The notes under the pieces were generated by a model, which saw nothing but the letters and a program-made list of their open reading frames with translations, was not told the origin of the DNA and made no database searches. Source: Pyrinomonadaceae bacterium (GTDB taxonomy: Bacteria > Acidobacteriota > Blastocatellia > Pyrinomonadales > Pyrinomonadaceae). From it: a stretch of 64,000 bases of DNA. The position numbers and the translations under genes were made by a program. The stretch covers positions 43,991-107,990 of the forward strand of contig JBJMGP010000060.1 in assembly GCA_045807865.1 (NCBI GenBank). Direction: 5' to 3'. Below, piece after piece: positions 61,387 through 64,000 of the stretch; the first letter of the stretch is position 1, and the number at the start of each line of letters is the position of its first letter.

Positions 61387-61400
61387 GCAACCGTAGCACC
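61387..61400 (-). promoter_or_regulatory. sigma-54-type (-24/-12) promoter candidate upstream of the BMC operon
   Basis: Minus strand reads cGGTGCTACGGTTGCTt. The GG-N10-GC spacing is identical to consensus TGGCACG-N4-TTGCW. Matched positions: GG, C at +5, TTGC, T. The -12 end lies about 53 nt upstream of the ATG at 61334. Confidence 0.3.
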
Positions 61401-61449
61401 GCGGGCCGCAAAGTTCAAGACGCGCGCTAACTTCGTCTGCCCGAGAAGT

Positions 61450-61478
61450 TTGACACCACTCCGAGCTGCACATTATAT
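61450..61478 (+). promoter_or_regulatory. sigma-70-like promoter candidate for rodZ
   Basis: TTGACA (61450-61455), 17-nt spacer, TTATAT (61473-61478), about 100 nt upstream of the GTG at 61581. Confidence 0.35.
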
Positions 61479-61580
61479 TGTGCCCGTAGGCCCGGCGCAC
61501 ACAGCTTACTGCGGCGGACGCGGACTCCGCCGCCCTCGAAGGGACGCCGGCCGGGAGACTCTCGTAGGCGCGCTCAACCA

Positions 61581-62393
61581 GTGACATCCAAGACCTCCGA
61601 ACAGGCACCCGAAGGCGGGCGGGCCGGGGGCGCCGAAGGCTCCCTCGGCGAGCAGCTCCGCCGCGCGCGCCTTGAGCGCGGCGTCAACCTCCGCGAAGTC
61701 GCCGAGCAGACGCGCATCACCATGCGCCACCTCGAAGCCATCGAGGCCGACGACTACAAGTCCCTCCCCGGCGGCATCTTCAACAAGTCTTTCATCAAGT
61801 CCTACGCGCGCCACGTCGGCTTCCCCGAGGCTCGCGCGCTCGAACTCTACGAGATCACGGCGCGCGAGCGCGGCTTCCATAACGAAGAGCCCGCCACCTC
61901 GCCGCAACGCTCGCACATTTACATGGGCGAGACCTCGCGCTCCCCTTTCCTGACCTTCGCGCTGAGCGCGCTCATCATCGTCGTCCTGATCTCGGTCGTC
62001 TACCTCGGCCTGCACTTCTGGAACAACCGCAAGACGCAGACGGCCGGCGCGGCCGCCACCCCGACGCCCGCGGCCTCTTCCGGGCCGGCGGCACAGCAGG
62101 CGCCCGCCGCGACGCCGACGCCGCCCCCGCCCGCCGAAGGTTTCAAGGTTCAGCTCAAGGCCGCGCGCCCGTTCTGGCTCACCTCCTGGCAGGAGGGCGA
62201 GAAGAAGCGCGGGCGCTTCCTGAAGCCGGACACGCCGGAGGAGTTCGAGCCCAAGGCGGCGCTCAACCTGCACTACGACCAGGTCTCGGCCGACGCCCTC
62301 CAGGTCACGGTCAACGGCCGGGCCTTGAAGACGCCGACCGACACCACCACCTGGACGATCTCTAAGGATAACTACACGCAGTTCGCGCAGTGA
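61581..62393 (+). CDS. rodZ: RodZ-like cytoskeleton protein (HTH, TM, DUF4115-like C-domain)
   Basis: 270 aa. LGEQLRRARLERGVNLREVAEQTRITMRHLEAIE...GIFNKSFIKSYARHVG. TM FLTFALSALIIVVLISVVYLGL. Pro/Ala linker. Confidence 0.75.
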   Translation: MTSKTSEQAPEGGRAGGAEGSLGEQLRRARLERGVNLREVAEQTRITMRHLEAIEADDYKSLPGGIFNKSFIKSYARHVGFPEARALELYEITARERGFHNEEPATSPQRSHIYMGETSRSPFLTFALSALIIVVLISVVYLGLHFWNNRKTQTAGAAATPTPAASSGPAAQQAPAATPTPPPPAEGFKVQLKAARPFWLTSWQEGEKKRGRFLKPDTPEEFEPKAALNLHYDQVSADALQVTVNGRALKTPTDTTTWTISKDNYTQFAQ

Positions 62394-62410
62394 TGTCTCT
62401 TCAATCGAAA

Positions 62411-62470
62411 GGCCCGCACCCCGAAGCCCCCCTCGCGGGAGAGTTTCGGGGTGCGGGCCTCGAACTTTTT
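62411..62470 (+). terminator. rho-independent terminator of rodZ
   Basis: ggcccgcaccccgaa (62411-62425) pairs with ttcggggtgcgggcc (62445-62459), a 15-bp stem, followed by tcgaacttttt. Confidence 0.75.
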
Positions 62471-62472
62471 AA

Positions 62473-63960
<1,488 letters not shown>

Positions 63961-64000
63961 TAGGGGCTTCGCTTCTTCGATGAACGAACGTAAGGCAGTC

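Overview
GC-rich bacterial chromosomal window (roughly two-thirds G+C by eye, not computed). The gene content (PEP-CTERM protein, carboxypeptidase-regulatory-like repeat protein, NtrC/sigma-54 regulator, OPT transporter) resembles Acidobacteriota-like soil bacteria, but the taxon cannot be assigned from this sequence alone. I support about 57 protein genes, one tRNA (UCA anticodon, selenocysteine-type), a few promoter and terminator candidates, and a dispersed family of intergenic hairpin repeats. I saw no rRNA, CRISPR array, transposase or integrase. Four blocks stand out. (1) 55.2-61.4 kb, minus strand: a bacterial-microcompartment (BMC) operon with two BMC-H genes, one BMC-P gene and a CoA-acylating aldehyde dehydrogenase. 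Its other cargo candidates are the unknown-function pair UPF0237 (ACT) and UPF0210 (DUF711). The ACT protein carries an encapsulation-peptide-like N-terminal extension, and no known signature enzyme, phosphotransacylase or alcohol dehydrogenase is present. This is my best candidate for an undescribed system. (2) 47.2-51.7 kb, minus strand: a vWA / PP2C phosphatase / Ser-Thr kinase triad resembling the TerY-P phosphorylation triad. It is preceded by a zinc-ribbon membrane protein, and the kinase has an unusual TM plus Ada-like zinc-finger tail. (3) 9-27.8 kb: a dispersed tryptophan -> kynurenine -> anthranilate -> aryl-CoA degradation supercluster, with kynA, kynU, an aryl-CoA ligase, a split monooxygenase/OYE reductase, crotonases, ACAD, SDR, RidA and a thioesterase. 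A copper-export island interrupts it. (4) At least 16 intergenic hairpins have arms built from 2-4 tandem heptamers. The heptamer differs between loci but the two arms stay complementary. Several of these hairpins supply stop codons and C-terminal residues to flanking genes. The many long antisense ORFs in the six-frame track are high-GC artefacts. All homology calls come from motif recognition by eye; no database search was run.
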